A stretch of DNA of 64,000 nt from Myxococcales bacterium (GCA_044507075.1 JBIQKA010000014.1:4388-68387); one strand, 5' to 3'; shown: positions 27,721-37,271, counted from the first letter of the stretch. Notes: a model not told the origin generated them from the sequence alone. Numbers and translations: made by a program.

Positions 27721-28587
27721 ATGCTTCGTTCCGCCGTCTGCACCTCCGCTCTCTCTGTGCTCATGCTCACTGGCTGTGTAAAGCGCACGGACTACGACGC
27801 GTTGCAGGTCAAGTCGGCCCACGAACGCGGCGCGCTGGAGGCTCAGCTGGAGCAGCAGAAGAAGGAGAACCTCTCGCTCGCCGAGGCGCTCACGCAGGAG
27901 CAAGAGAAGCTCGCGCAAGCCAACGCGGAGATCGAGCGCCTCAACGGCGAGCTGTCAGCGGCTCAAAAGCAGCTCGAGGAGCAGCAGAACCAGCTCGCCG
28001 AGATGGTCAAGAACAGCTCCAACCTCAAGAGCTCCATCGAGGAGATGCAGGCGGCGCTGGCCGTGCTGCGCGAGCAGAAGAAGCAGAGCGAGGAGCGGGT
28101 CGCCGAGTTCAAGAAGCTGCTCGACAGCTTCAAGACGCTGATCGACGCGGGCAAGCTCAAGGTGAAGGTCGTGCGCGGGCGCATGGTCGTCGAGCTCCCG
28201 TCGGACGTGCTGTTCGCGAGCGGATCGGTCGACCTCTCCACGAGCGGCAAGACCAGCGTGTCCGAGGTGGGCGCCATCTTCGTGACCATGAAGGGCCGCG
28301 AATTTCAGGTAGAGGGGCACACCGACGATCAGCCGATCAAGACCGATCGCTTCCCCAGCAACTGGGAGCTCGCGGCGGGGCGTGCGATCGCGGTCGCGCA
28401 GATCCTGATCAAGTCGGGCCTGCCGCCCAAGCGCGTGAGCGCGGCGAGCTTCGGCGAGTTCCGGCCGGTGGCCAGCAACAAGAAGCCCGAGACGCGAGCC
28501 CAGAACCGCCGCATCGAGATCGTGCTCGTACCCGACCTCTCCAAGGTCCCAGGCTTCGAGGAGCTCGAAGCCATCGGCAAGCGCTAG
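27721..28587 (+). CDS. OmpA/MotB-domain lipoprotein with N-terminal coiled coil
   Basis: Lipobox VLMLTGCV. About 110 aa of coiled coil. OmpA-like C-terminus FASGSVDL...VEGHTDDQPI...SNWELAAGRA...NRRIEIVL. Confidence 0.85.
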   Translation: MLRSAVCTSALSVLMLTGCVKRTDYDALQVKSAHERGALEAQLEQQKKENLSLAEALTQEQEKLAQANAEIERLNGELSAAQKQLEEQQNQLAEMVKNSSNLKSSIEEMQAALAVLREQKKQSEERVAEFKKLLDSFKTLIDAGKLKVKVVRGRMVVELPSDVLFASGSVDLSTSGKTSVSEVGAIFVTMKGREFQVEGHTDDQPIKTDRFPSNWELAAGRAIAVAQILIKSGLPPKRVSAASFGEFRPVASNKKPETRAQNRRIEIVLVPDLSKVPGFEELEAIGKR

Positions 28588-28615
28588 CCTCGCGCTCTTG
28601 CGGGTTGGGCGCCGT

Positions 28616-29170
28616 TCAGAAGCCGAGACCAGACTGGAAGAGCACCGTCAGGCTCGGCTTCATCTCCGACCCGTTGTCGCGCATGAAAAAGGGCAGGTCG
28701 AGCTCGATGAAGTAGGCCAGTCCCTTCCCGAGGGCGAAGGGCTTCACGATGATGGGCACCAGGCCGATGTTGCGGGGCGCACCGACCTCCGTCGCGACGC
28801 GCAGGCCCGCCGAGAGCGGGCCGAACGAGTACACGACCCCCGGGTCCACCACGAAGGTGGTCGCCGTGGTGCCGCCCTTCCACTGATTGAACGCGATGAA
28901 CTCGAAATCGATCGACCAGCGGTCGTTCAGGCGCACCGTGATGCCGGGCGTGATACCCACGTTCACGAAGTCCTGCCCGATGAAGGTGTTCTCGGGCGAG
29001 CCGATGGTGAGGACGGGGAGCGCGAAGCCGAGGTGTCCGCCTACACGGCGGGTGGCTCCCTCGGACTCCGAATCGGCGCGCGCAGAGGCATGGACCGCGA
29101 GCGCCATCACGAACGAACAAATCAATAGAGCGAACTGACGAATCCTACGCGACTGAAAAGCAGACATCAT
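28616..29170 (-). CDS. small outer-membrane beta-barrel protein
   Basis: Signal ...FVMALAVHASARA. Alternating hydrophobic strands. C-terminal LFQSGLGF ends in Phe. Confidence 0.5.
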   Translation of the reverse strand: MMSAFQSRRIRQFALLICSFVMALAVHASARADSESEGATRRVGGHLGFALPVLTIGSPENTFIGQDFVNVGITPGITVRLNDRWSIDFEFIAFNQWKGGTTATTFVVDPGVVYSFGPLSAGLRVATEVGAPRNIGLVPIIVKPFALGKGLAYFIELDLPFFMRDNGSEMKPSLTVLFQSGLGF

Positions 29171-29219
29171 CTCGTTCTTCCCGCTTCCCTCTGCCTCGTA
29201 CGGGCCCGCACGAAGCCGT

Positions 29220-29265
29220 CTTTCGAAAAGGTTGCAGGTAGATTGAATCGCAATCCGTTCGAAAG
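29220..29265. promoter_or_regulatory. imperfect inverted repeat upstream of the beta-barrel gene
   Basis: CTTTCGAAAAGGTTGC-n14-GCAATCCGTTCGAAAG (13 of 16 positions pair), in an A/T-richer spacer. Confidence 0.3.
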
Positions 29266-29312
29266 TTTCTAGCCTCCCCCAGCGCTGGGTCGGTGATTTG
29301 AACGCAGGAAAC

Positions 29313-29789
29313 CTACATGTGCGGCCCCCTTGTGCGTGGGAAGGAGCGTCGGCGTGCCCCCACCACGATGGCGAGCACCAGCAGCCACCATGCCGACTGC
29401 GGATGATCGAGGCCTTCGCTCAAGGCGCAGCCGGACGCTGCTGGCTTATCGCTCGACCCACCGGGTACGCCGCGGTCCTCCCTCGGTTCGTCGTCGACCT
29501 CTTGCCCCCCCTCCTCTCCCTCGTGTTCATCGTCGGCCGCGGCGCCCCCATCCCTGCGGCTCGAGGTCCCACCATCCCCTTCTTCGTCATCCTCGTTCGA
29601 GCCCACTTCCACGAACTGCCAGTACTGCTGGGCGATGTTGCCGAGGTATGGGTACTGCTTCACCTCGGCGCCCGCCGTCGCCTCGACCGCATCGATCAGG
29701 CGGGCGGTCTCTCGGTTTGCGATCTGGTGGTAGCCGGGGTCGGCGCCTATCCCGGTGGTGATGCGCCAGTTCCAGTTGTCGTGGACCAC
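29313..29789 (-). CDS. acidic hypothetical protein with MYXO-CTERM-like tail (Cys + TM + RRR), no detectable signal peptide
   Basis: The C-terminus is SGCALSEGLDHPQSAWWLLVLAIVVGARRR. GTG start. The in-frame upstream sequence reaches a stop without any signal peptide. Confidence 0.4.
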   Translation of the reverse strand: MVHDNWNWRITTGIGADPGYHQIANRETARLIDAVEATAGAEVKQYPYLGNIAQQYWQFVEVGSNEDDEEGDGGTSSRRDGGAAADDEHEGEEGGQEVDDEPREDRGVPGGSSDKPAASGCALSEGLDHPQSAWWLLVLAIVVGARRRSFPRTRGPHM

Positions 29790-29919
29790 GATCGACTCGG
29801 GCCCGATCGGCGAAGATGCGTTCCCCCTCTCCTTGTCGTCCCCGCCAACGCGCGCGACCTCGGATCGAGAGCGTGCTGGGGTATCGTCGCAGCGTCCGTT
29901 CAGCGCATGGGCGCGTGGA

Positions 29920-31542
29920 TCAGAGCCCGAAGATCGGGTCGTCTGCGCTCACGTTCGGCTTGCCGCGCTTGTTCTCGACCACGCGATCCATCAGTTCGTC
30001 GAGGCTCTCATCAGCGCGCGAGGGAGCCGCTTCCTTCTTGGTCGGAGCGACCGAGACGGCCGCGGCCGGGCTCGGCTTGGCTTCCTTCTCGGGCTTCACG
30101 GGATGGTCGACACGCGCGGACGCGCCCTCCTCTTCGACCTTGGGCGCTTCTGGCCCACGGGCCGTGCGCTCCGCTTCGATGGATTCGCCCTGAACGACTT
30201 TGGCCGCGCTCCCCTTCACGGGGGCCGGCTCGACGGGCAAGGTTGTCTTGGCCGCACGCACGCGCGAGGCGACCTTGGGCTGCCTTGCGCGGGTGGGCTT
30301 GACCTTGCGCGCAGGGGTCGCGCGCAACGTGACGACGGGCGCGTCCGGCTCCACGTCGACCGCGCGATCTGCGCGCTCTTGCGGGCTCGGCTCGGGCTCG
30401 GCCGCCGCCGCCGCCGCGGGTTGAGCCGAAAGCTCAGCCGCGAACACCGGGGGCTCAGGAAGCGCAGGCTCGGGCTCGCTGGGCGCAAGCGCCGCGGAAG
30501 GCGGCTGCCAGGGTTCGACCTTCGGCTCCGGCACGGTCGCGGCCTGCACCAGGTCCGACGCCATGGGCGTCGCGATGATGGTCGCGGCACGCGCGGATTT
30601 CGAGCGCCGCGCGGCCTCGGCCGGCCCAGCGTTGCCCCGATACCAGAGGCCCGCCACGATCCCGAACATCACGCACGCCGCGGCGAACAGCGCGGGGCGC
30701 GCGAGCGGGCGGCGCCGCAGCGCGTGCTCCGCCGAGCGCAGATCAAGGTCGAGCGTGTCTTCGCGGGCCGAGAACGGATGCGCGTGGGACGCCGCCGCGT
30801 GCCGGGGCGAAGGCGAGAGCGTCGCGAGCCTACGCGCCTCGTGCGAGGCGCTCAGCACCCGCGCCACCATGCCCAGCAAGGCCATCGAGACCGAGCTCAA
30901 GGCGAGCATGGCCAAGAACAGGCGACTCTCGGGCGTCAGGCTCCAGATGGCCTGGCTGAGTTGCGCTCGCCCCGAGGCCGCCCACACCGCGGCGACCAAG
31001 CTCACGGAGGGCACCACGGTCAACGACCAACCGAAGAGCTGCGCTGCCGCGCGCGACTCCTGCACCAGCGAACCGCCCATCACACTGAGCGCGAGCGCGA
31101 ACACACACAGAGGCTCGCTGCGACCGAGCGGGAGCTTGGCGTCCAGGCCGATCATGACGCAGGCCGCGAAGGCCGCGAGCGCCGGTGCGACACACGCGTA
31201 GGGGTGGCGACGGATGTCCTTGCTCAGCTTCGCCAACACGCCCAGGAGCGCCGCGGCGCCGCCCAGCGCGAGTCCCGCGCCGGAGGCCGCCGGGACCCAG
31301 TGGGCCAGCGACTGCCATCGGGCTTCGCCCGCTAGCACGCGCAAGCGCTCCGAGACGAGCGGGGCGGAGAGGAGCAACACGTAGCTCGTGCCCAGGAGGA
31401 GCAGCGACACCGCGAACATGCCCCCCGGAAAGCGCGTTCGCGTCTCGTGGGCGAGGCGAGCTTCGCCGGCCATCTGCTGCGTCCAGGCTTGGTCCAAGGG
31501 GCCTCCCATTTGTCCGCGCCTCGCGCGGGCTCCGTTCGCCAC
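29920..31542 (-). CDS. polytopic membrane protein with long Pro/Ala/Glu/Lys-rich C-terminal tail
   Basis: About 7 hydrophobic helices in the first 300 aa, then a low-complexity tail (PEPKVEPWQPP..., KPEKEAKPSPAAA). The start is uncertain (several in-frame Met). Confidence 0.5.
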   Translation of the reverse strand: MANGARARRGQMGGPLDQAWTQQMAGEARLAHETRTRFPGGMFAVSLLLLGTSYVLLLSAPLVSERLRVLAGEARWQSLAHWVPAASGAGLALGGAAALLGVLAKLSKDIRRHPYACVAPALAAFAACVMIGLDAKLPLGRSEPLCVFALALSVMGGSLVQESRAAAQLFGWSLTVVPSVSLVAAVWAASGRAQLSQAIWSLTPESRLFLAMLALSSVSMALLGMVARVLSASHEARRLATLSPSPRHAAASHAHPFSAREDTLDLDLRSAEHALRRRPLARPALFAAACVMFGIVAGLWYRGNAGPAEAARRSKSARAATIIATPMASDLVQAATVPEPKVEPWQPPSAALAPSEPEPALPEPPVFAAELSAQPAAAAAAEPEPSPQERADRAVDVEPDAPVVTLRATPARKVKPTRARQPKVASRVRAAKTTLPVEPAPVKGSAAKVVQGESIEAERTARGPEAPKVEEEGASARVDHPVKPEKEAKPSPAAAVSVAPTKKEAAPSRADESLDELMDRVVENKRGKPNVSADDPIFGL

Positions 31543-31675
31543 CTTCAGGGGTAGGGAAACCTCAAATCAAGCGCTATTTCTCGGGGGTCATGCTCCTGCG
31601 CCGAGATACCGTCCCGGCTGATATTTTGCACGTGAGTGGAGCTGTGCCTGACGGGGAGGCCAGGACACACGTCCC

Positions 31676-32881
31676 ATGCCGCGATGGCGGCTTGCCCTGG
31701 AATTGGGAGGTGCGTGCGACGCGGAGCGACCTTTCGACGATACGCCGCGTGTCTACTTGCGTGGGGTGAGAGCGGAGCAGAAAGCAAGCATTCCGAAGCT
31801 CGTTTGGACGGTCAGCCTCAACGTCTTGGTGGTCGCGGGCATCCTGTTCACGATCTATCAAACGCGTCAGATCGTGGGCTGGATGCTGATCGCCTTGCTC
31901 CTTTCGCTCGCGCTCGACCCGACGGTCGAGTTCTTGGAGCAAAGGGGGCTGCGGCGCGGCCCCGCCATCGCTGGCATCTTCCTCGCCATGGGCGGTGTGT
32001 TCGCGCTCCTGTTCTGGACCGTGATGCCGATGCTCATCCACCAGGGCCAAAGCCTCATCAACGCCGCCCCCAATCTGCTGGAGAACCTGCGCCACGATCC
32101 GGCGCTGCGCTGGGCGGACAGCAGGTTTCATCTGCTCGATTCCATCCAGGAGGAGTGGGCAGAGTACGCGCGGGCCGCGGCGTTGCCGCTGCTCAAGATG
32201 GCGCAAGGCCTGTTCAGCGGCGTGCTCGGCACGATCACGACCCTCGTGCTCACCGTGTTCATGCTAGCGGCCGGCCAGCAGCTGTTCCACGGCGCCCTCG
32301 AATGGATCCATCCCGAGCAGCGCGAGCGTTACGTGATGCTGACGGGCAAGATCCGGCGCTCGGTCGGCAAGTACGTCATCGGCACGCTGCTCATCGCGTG
32401 CCTCGGGGGCGTCGTCTCCGGTACCACCCTGGCGATCCTGGGGGTTCCGTACTTTCTCCCGCTCGGCCTGATCATGATCTTGCTGGGTGTGGTCCCCTTC
32501 ATCGGCGCGATCCTGGGCGGCACCTTGATGGTCGGGGCCACCTTCCTCACCTCGGGCCTCAAGGCGGGCGGCATCGCGCTCGCGGTGTTCATCGCCTACC
32601 AACAGTGTGAGAACCATCTGCTCCAGCCCGTCGTGCAGCGGAGGACCATCGAGATGAACCCGCTGCTGATCGTCATCGTGATGCTGTTCGGGACGGGTCT
32701 CGCGGGGATCGTCGGGGCCTTGCTCTCGCTGCCGATCGCGGCCGCCATTCAGGTCGTGCTCCAGGATGTGCTCGAGCGCAGGCGCGCGCGGAGGCAGGAC
32801 TTCGAAGACCAAGCGCCGCGCGAAGCGCGGGAGGCCCCGGTCGTTTGGGCGCACGGAAAGCTGCAGCGGCGAGAGATCTGA
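31676..32881 (+). CDS. AI-2E family transporter (PerM/UPF0118)
   Basis: Polytopic. LALDPTVEFLE, ...LGVPYFLPLGLIMILLGVVPFIGAILGG...YQQCENHLLQPVVQRRTIEMNPLLIVIV are family-typical blocks. The start may be downstream (GTG at 31766). Confidence 0.8.
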   Translation: MPRWRLALELGGACDAERPFDDTPRVYLRGVRAEQKASIPKLVWTVSLNVLVVAGILFTIYQTRQIVGWMLIALLLSLALDPTVEFLEQRGLRRGPAIAGIFLAMGGVFALLFWTVMPMLIHQGQSLINAAPNLLENLRHDPALRWADSRFHLLDSIQEEWAEYARAAALPLLKMAQGLFSGVLGTITTLVLTVFMLAAGQQLFHGALEWIHPEQRERYVMLTGKIRRSVGKYVIGTLLIACLGGVVSGTTLAILGVPYFLPLGLIMILLGVVPFIGAILGGTLMVGATFLTSGLKAGGIALAVFIAYQQCENHLLQPVVQRRTIEMNPLLIVIVMLFGTGLAGIVGALLSLPIAAAIQVVLQDVLERRRARRQDFEDQAPREAREAPVVWAHGKLQRREI

Positions 32882-32928
32882 AAGGCCCCTTTGAGGAGCG
32901 GGCTCGGAGCACGCAGCGGGCGAGCACC

Positions 32929-34485
32929 TCAAAACCGTCGGGCGCCGGCCACCACGGGCACGGATGCGACCTGACGCTCCTCGTTCTGCTCGCCGGCGCT
33001 CGCAACGTAGAGGGTGAACTCGGAGCCCTTGCCGAGCGCGCTGCGCACCCTGAGGCCACCGCCATGCGCGCGCACGATGCCGAGCGCGGCGGACAGGCCG
33101 AGCCCACGACCCGTGAACTTGGTCGTGAGGAACGGCTCGAAGATCCGAGGTAGGATCTCTGCGTCCATGCCGACCCCGGTGTCCGTCACCTGGATGGCCA
33201 CGAGCGGCACGCCAAAGTCCTCTGGCGCGAGCACAACGTCGCTGAGCGCGAGCTCGGCGCCGCTCGGGCGATAGACCCGGACGCGCACCTCGCCAAACGC
33301 GGCATGGATGGACTCCACCGCGTTCAGGATCAGGGCGAGTAACACCTGCTGGATCTGGGCGCTGTCCGCCTGGATGCTCACGTCCTCCTCGAGGTCGACG
33401 ACCAACATCACGTTCTTCGACAGCGAAGCGCGCACCAAGTCACAGGTGCGTTCAAGCACCTTGCGCACCTCCACCGGCGCCACGTTCGCCTCCCCCCGCT
33501 CCGCGTACGCCAACATCTGCGTGCACAGCTGGGCCGCTCGCTCACACGAGCCCAGCACCTTCGAGAGGAGCGGTTGCACGCCGTGGTCCGCGTCGAGACG
33601 CTGTTGCACGAGGGAGGTCATCCCCATGATCTCGGTGAGCAGGTTGTTGAAGTCGTGCGCCACGCCACCCGCCAACAGCCCGAGGCTCTCGAGCCGCTGG
33701 GATTGCTGCAGCTTGCGTTCGATGGCGAGTCGACTCTCCTCCGCGCGCTTGCGTTCGGTGACGTCGCGCGAACAGCTGAGCAGCGCATCACGGCTTCCGT
33801 CGGGGCCGATCAAGGGCACGACGCGCGAGGCGTAGGACCGCACTTCTCCCGTCGCGGACTCGAAGTCGAACTCCTTCTTTCCCTCTTGCCCGGTTTCGAA
33901 GACCGATCTGTAGGTGTCCTGAAAATAGCGCGTGATCTCCTCGGGCATGCCGAGCTCGCGATGGTCTTTCCCCTCGAAGTCCGCGGGGGTGAGGCCGGTG
34001 GCGGCCACGACGGCGTCATTCACGAACGTATGTCTGTACGCACGATCGATGATCGCGATGATGTCCGGCGACTCGCGCACGATCTGCTCGAATCGCCAAT
34101 CCGGCTCGCACCCGAGCCACGTCCCGACCAACAGCTCACCGTGGGACCGTAGCGCGAACCTGCCCCGCAACGTGTGCGGCGAACCGCTCGCGACCACCGC
34201 GAACACGACCTGCGCTTCTCGGGACAGTGGGGCGAGGCAGGTTTCAAGGGAGCCTGCGCTCGGTTCGAAGCCGAAGTCCGCGTGTGTCCGCAAATCAACG
34301 ATACCCGCCTGTTCGAGCAAGGCGCGCGAGGCCGCGCAGACCCTCAGTCGCGCGCCGCATCGCTGCAGCAGCGCGACGGGATGGGCCACGCATTCGAGGG
34401 GGATCTGCGTCGGCTCCGAACTTCGGTACATCGCTTCGACTGTGCCAAAGCAGTGCGCCGCGTGTCGATGACGCAAGGTATCCAT
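32929..34485 (-). CDS. cytoplasmic PAS-domain sensor histidine kinase
   Basis: PAS region (ESPDIIAIIDRAYRHTFVND...), H-box GGVAHDFNNLLTEI, N-box LALILNAVES, and G-boxes DTGVGMD and GRGLGLSA. Confidence 0.85.
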   Translation of the reverse strand: MDTLRHRHAAHCFGTVEAMYRSSEPTQIPLECVAHPVALLQRCGARLRVCAASRALLEQAGIVDLRTHADFGFEPSAGSLETCLAPLSREAQVVFAVVASGSPHTLRGRFALRSHGELLVGTWLGCEPDWRFEQIVRESPDIIAIIDRAYRHTFVNDAVVAATGLTPADFEGKDHRELGMPEEITRYFQDTYRSVFETGQEGKKEFDFESATGEVRSYASRVVPLIGPDGSRDALLSCSRDVTERKRAEESRLAIERKLQQSQRLESLGLLAGGVAHDFNNLLTEIMGMTSLVQQRLDADHGVQPLLSKVLGSCERAAQLCTQMLAYAERGEANVAPVEVRKVLERTCDLVRASLSKNVMLVVDLEEDVSIQADSAQIQQVLLALILNAVESIHAAFGEVRVRVYRPSGAELALSDVVLAPEDFGVPLVAIQVTDTGVGMDAEILPRIFEPFLTTKFTGRGLGLSAALGIVRAHGGGLRVRSALGKGSEFTLYVASAGEQNEERQVASVPVVAGARRF

Positions 34486-34821
34486 ATTCGAGCGCGCTGC
34501 CCCATGAACGCGCCGCGCGGGCTAGCTCAAAAACGGTGACACAGGCGCCATGCGCTTCCGGGCACGGCGACCGGGGCGTGCTTGCTATCGACGTGGAAAA
34601 ACGCCTCACGCGCACGTGCACAGCGTGAGCTCTCTCATCGCTCCGATCGTTCGCCGTGTCGTCTGTTGCCAAGATCCGAATGCCGTCGGCACAACCCCGC
34701 ACGATCTCTGCACTCGCAAGATCGCTTGCGGGCACGCCCATGCGGCATGCCCACAGTCGCCAAACGGCGCCGCTGTGCGCCGTGTGTTTCGGCGGCCCAC
34801 AACCTGCAACGACGGCCCGGC

Positions 34822-35409
34822 ATGAAACGCCTGACCTTGCCGACAATCTTGGCCGTGTTGTCGTTCATCCTCGCAGCGCAGGCTCACGCTCGCCCTCCGA
34901 GCGAGCTGCGTGAGCAGCTCGACGAAGCCACCAAGCTCACCCTCGCGCGGGCGATGGTCGGCGAGGCTGACTGGCATGAACCGGATCACGTCGCGATCGC
35001 ATTCGTACTCGCCAAGCGCTGGCCCCTGTACCGCGTGCGTCACCCAGAGGCGAGCTTTCAGGATTACATCGCGCTCTACTCGTCCGCGGTGAAACGTGAC
35101 GTTGGCGCCCGCGCGAAATGGTTGCACTCCCTGCCCTGGGGCCCGATCGAAGGCCCGCACAGCAAGCGTTGGGATCGGGTGCGCGCGCTGGTGGAGCGTT
35201 TCAGTGAGGGCAAACTGAGAGACCCGTGCCCCGGTGCGATGCACTGGGGCGGTGCGATGGATCGCCCTGGCGCGGGCATGAAGCCCGTGAGCTGCGGCTT
35301 CACGCGCAACATTTTCTACGGGTTCCGCGCGCCTGCCGCGAGCTCCGCGTCGAGCAAGGGCACCGCGAAGGCAGCCGAGCGGACCTCTGTCCTGCTGGCC
35401 GACAACTGA
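34822..35409 (+). CDS. secreted protein, cell-wall hydrolase (SleB/Hydrolase_2)-like
   Basis: Signal MKRLTLPTILAVLSFILAAQAHA. LARAMVGEADW...HVAIAFVLAKRW resembles the LAR..y.EA...AVa.V..NR pattern. This is a weak call. Confidence 0.4.
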   Translation: MKRLTLPTILAVLSFILAAQAHARPPSELREQLDEATKLTLARAMVGEADWHEPDHVAIAFVLAKRWPLYRVRHPEASFQDYIALYSSAVKRDVGARAKWLHSLPWGPIEGPHSKRWDRVRALVERFSEGKLRDPCPGAMHWGGAMDRPGAGMKPVSCGFTRNIFYGFRAPAASSASSKGTAKAAERTSVLLADN

Positions 35410-35606
35410 CGCGCCCCGCTTCACCCCAAACCGTGCGCGTCGTCACGGCGCGTCGAAGGCATCCGGCGCCCGCGCACCGCGTCGGACACCCGCGCCACCG
35501 ACAGCGTCACACATCGTGACGCGAGGCCGGCGCGGGTTCGCGGCCGCGCCCCGTGGAACGCAGGCGCGGACCGACAAACATGCGTGGTACACTGAGCGAC
35601 TGGCGC

Positions 35607-36641
35607 ATGGGGGCAAGGACACCATCCAGTTCGTGCAGACGCTCTGCTCGCGTACGCGGGTCGAACGTGCTGCTCGCGCTGGTGTCCGGGTGCGGGTTCA
35701 TCGGCTTCGAGGGGAAGCCAGCGACGAACGACGCGGGCGGAGCCCAGGACATGCCGGCCGACGCCTCGAGTGAAATGGACTCAGGCGATTCGCGCCGCGA
35801 GGACGGCTCGCTACCAGACGCGACGGTCCTGGATGCGATGGCGCGAGGCGACGCCGAGAGCGACGCCGCGGCGCACGCTGAGGACGCCGCGCACGACGCG
35901 TACGTAGATCCGGATCCGCCCGCGACCCAGGTGACCGACTACTGCGCGGCCATCCCCAGACTCCAGCGTGCGCCGGTGATCGACGGCGTCGTGGACTCTC
36001 AGCTCAACGTCCTGCCGCTGATGCCCGTGGGCTGGACCTCGTCGAGCCCCGGTGTCGCGCTGCCGGCTCACACCACGGCCAGCTACGCCCTCGCCTGGCT
36101 TCCAGAGGGACTCTACGCGTTCGTGCGCGTGGTGGATCTCAGTCGCTTGCCCCCCCCGCCCGCCGCACAGCCGTGGCACGGGGACGGCGTGGAGATCTAC
36201 TTCGACAGCGACGGCCAGTTCCCCATGATCCCGAAGTACGACAACCCAGGCACCGTTCAGATCATCGTGCCGGCACCTGTGGACAGCACCACCCCCTCCA
36301 CGCGCAGCATGCGCTTTCGCGACGCATCCCCGCTGACACCATGGGCGAGCCTTCGGTTCACGGTTTTTCCCACGGCAGACGGCTACGTGTTCGAGGGCCT
36401 CGTCGAAGCGGATGCCGTGGATGAATCGTCCCTCGCGCTCTCGTCGGGGAACAGCGTGGGCGTGAACTTGAGCATCAACGTATCGGCGTCGGACGAGCAG
36501 GTGAGCGATCCGGATGCGGGGTTGACGCTCGAGGGGTTGCGGCTCGGTCAGTACTTCCTGCGCACCATCGTCTCGGACGACTGCGGCGGCCTGCCCTTTT
36601 GCAACTCGGGCGCGTTCTGCTCACCGACCCTGATCGAGTGA
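35607..36641 (+). CDS. lipoprotein with CBM9/DOMON-like carbohydrate-binding domain
   Basis: Lipobox LLALVSGCG. Acidic tether. RAPVIDGVVDSQLN...GW and WHGDGVEIYFDSD match CBM9-like motifs. The ORF opens at 35553; the start chosen is at MGARTP. Confidence 0.55.
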   Translation: MGARTPSSSCRRSARVRGSNVLLALVSGCGFIGFEGKPATNDAGGAQDMPADASSEMDSGDSRREDGSLPDATVLDAMARGDAESDAAAHAEDAAHDAYVDPDPPATQVTDYCAAIPRLQRAPVIDGVVDSQLNVLPLMPVGWTSSSPGVALPAHTTASYALAWLPEGLYAFVRVVDLSRLPPPPAAQPWHGDGVEIYFDSDGQFPMIPKYDNPGTVQIIVPAPVDSTTPSTRSMRFRDASPLTPWASLRFTVFPTADGYVFEGLVEADAVDESSLALSSGNSVGVNLSINVSASDEQVSDPDAGLTLEGLRLGQYFLRTIVSDDCGGLPFCNSGAFCSPTLIE

Positions 36642-36673
36642 GGCGCAGAACGCGGGGCAAGCGACTTGCCCAT

Positions 36674-37090
36674 CTACTTGCACATGCCGTTTTCGCAGGC
36701 CCTGTGGCCGCAACCAAACAAGCTGCAGTCGTTGATGTAGTCGGTGCATGGCCGCATGCACATGTCGGTTCCGCTGTCGCCGTCGCCGCTATCGCCGTCG
36801 CCGCTGTCGCCGTCGCCGCTATCGCCGTCGCCCCAGTAATCGCCGTCTCCGTCCCCATCGCCGTCGCCGCTATCGCCGTCGCCCCAGTAATCGCCGTCGC
36901 CGTCGCCGTCTCCCTCGTCGCCGTCTCCGTCCCCATCGCCGTCGCCACTGTCGCCGTCACCGGTATCGCCGTCACCGGTGTCGCCCATCTGGTCGTCGTC
37001 AGGCTGCGCGGGCTTGGCGCACGCGATAAGGGCAGCGAGTAGCACGGCGAAGCCGAGCCCAGGTCGGGAGGTAGAACGAAGCGAGATCAT
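36674..37090 (-). CDS. mini-lipoprotein: Asp/Gly repeat tether + ~30 aa seven-Cys C-terminal module
   Basis: ATG at 37090 is preceded by GGGAGG. Lipobox LLAALIACA. DGDSGDGD repeats with two DYWGDGDSGDGDGDGDG units. The C-terminus is DMCMRPCTDYINDCSLFGCGHRACENGMCK. Confidence 0.6.
   Translation of the reverse strand: MISLRSTSRPGLGFAVLLAALIACAKPAQPDDDQMGDTGDGDTGDGDSGDGDGDGDGDEGDGDGDGDYWGDGDSGDGDGDGDGDYWGDGDSGDGDSGDGDSGDGDSGTDMCMRPCTDYINDCSLFGCGHRACENGMCK
36771..36985 (-). repeat. in-frame Asp/Gly coding repeat including a 51-nt tandem unit
   Basis: cgtcgccgctatcgccgtcgccccagtaatcgccgtc occurs at 36811 and 36862, flanked by gtcgcc/atcgcc hexamer iterations. Confidence 0.9.
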
Positions 37091-37271
37091 CGCCTCCCAT
37101 CGTCCTGGATTCGCGCGGCGTCGTCGCTGACATTGCTCCCTTTTCTTTTTACCCCTTACACCGGACGCCTCCTGCCGCGGGCCGCCTTCAGGAGCAGCGC
37201 GCGTATCATAAGCGCTACTCACCTGGGCGACGCCCCCCGGGATGGCCAGAGATTGCTATATCGAAGCGACC

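Noticed and set aside
29755-31335. 526-aa plus-strand ORF
   Set aside because: It is an Arg-rich shadow opposite a polytopic membrane protein frame with clear hydrophobic helices.
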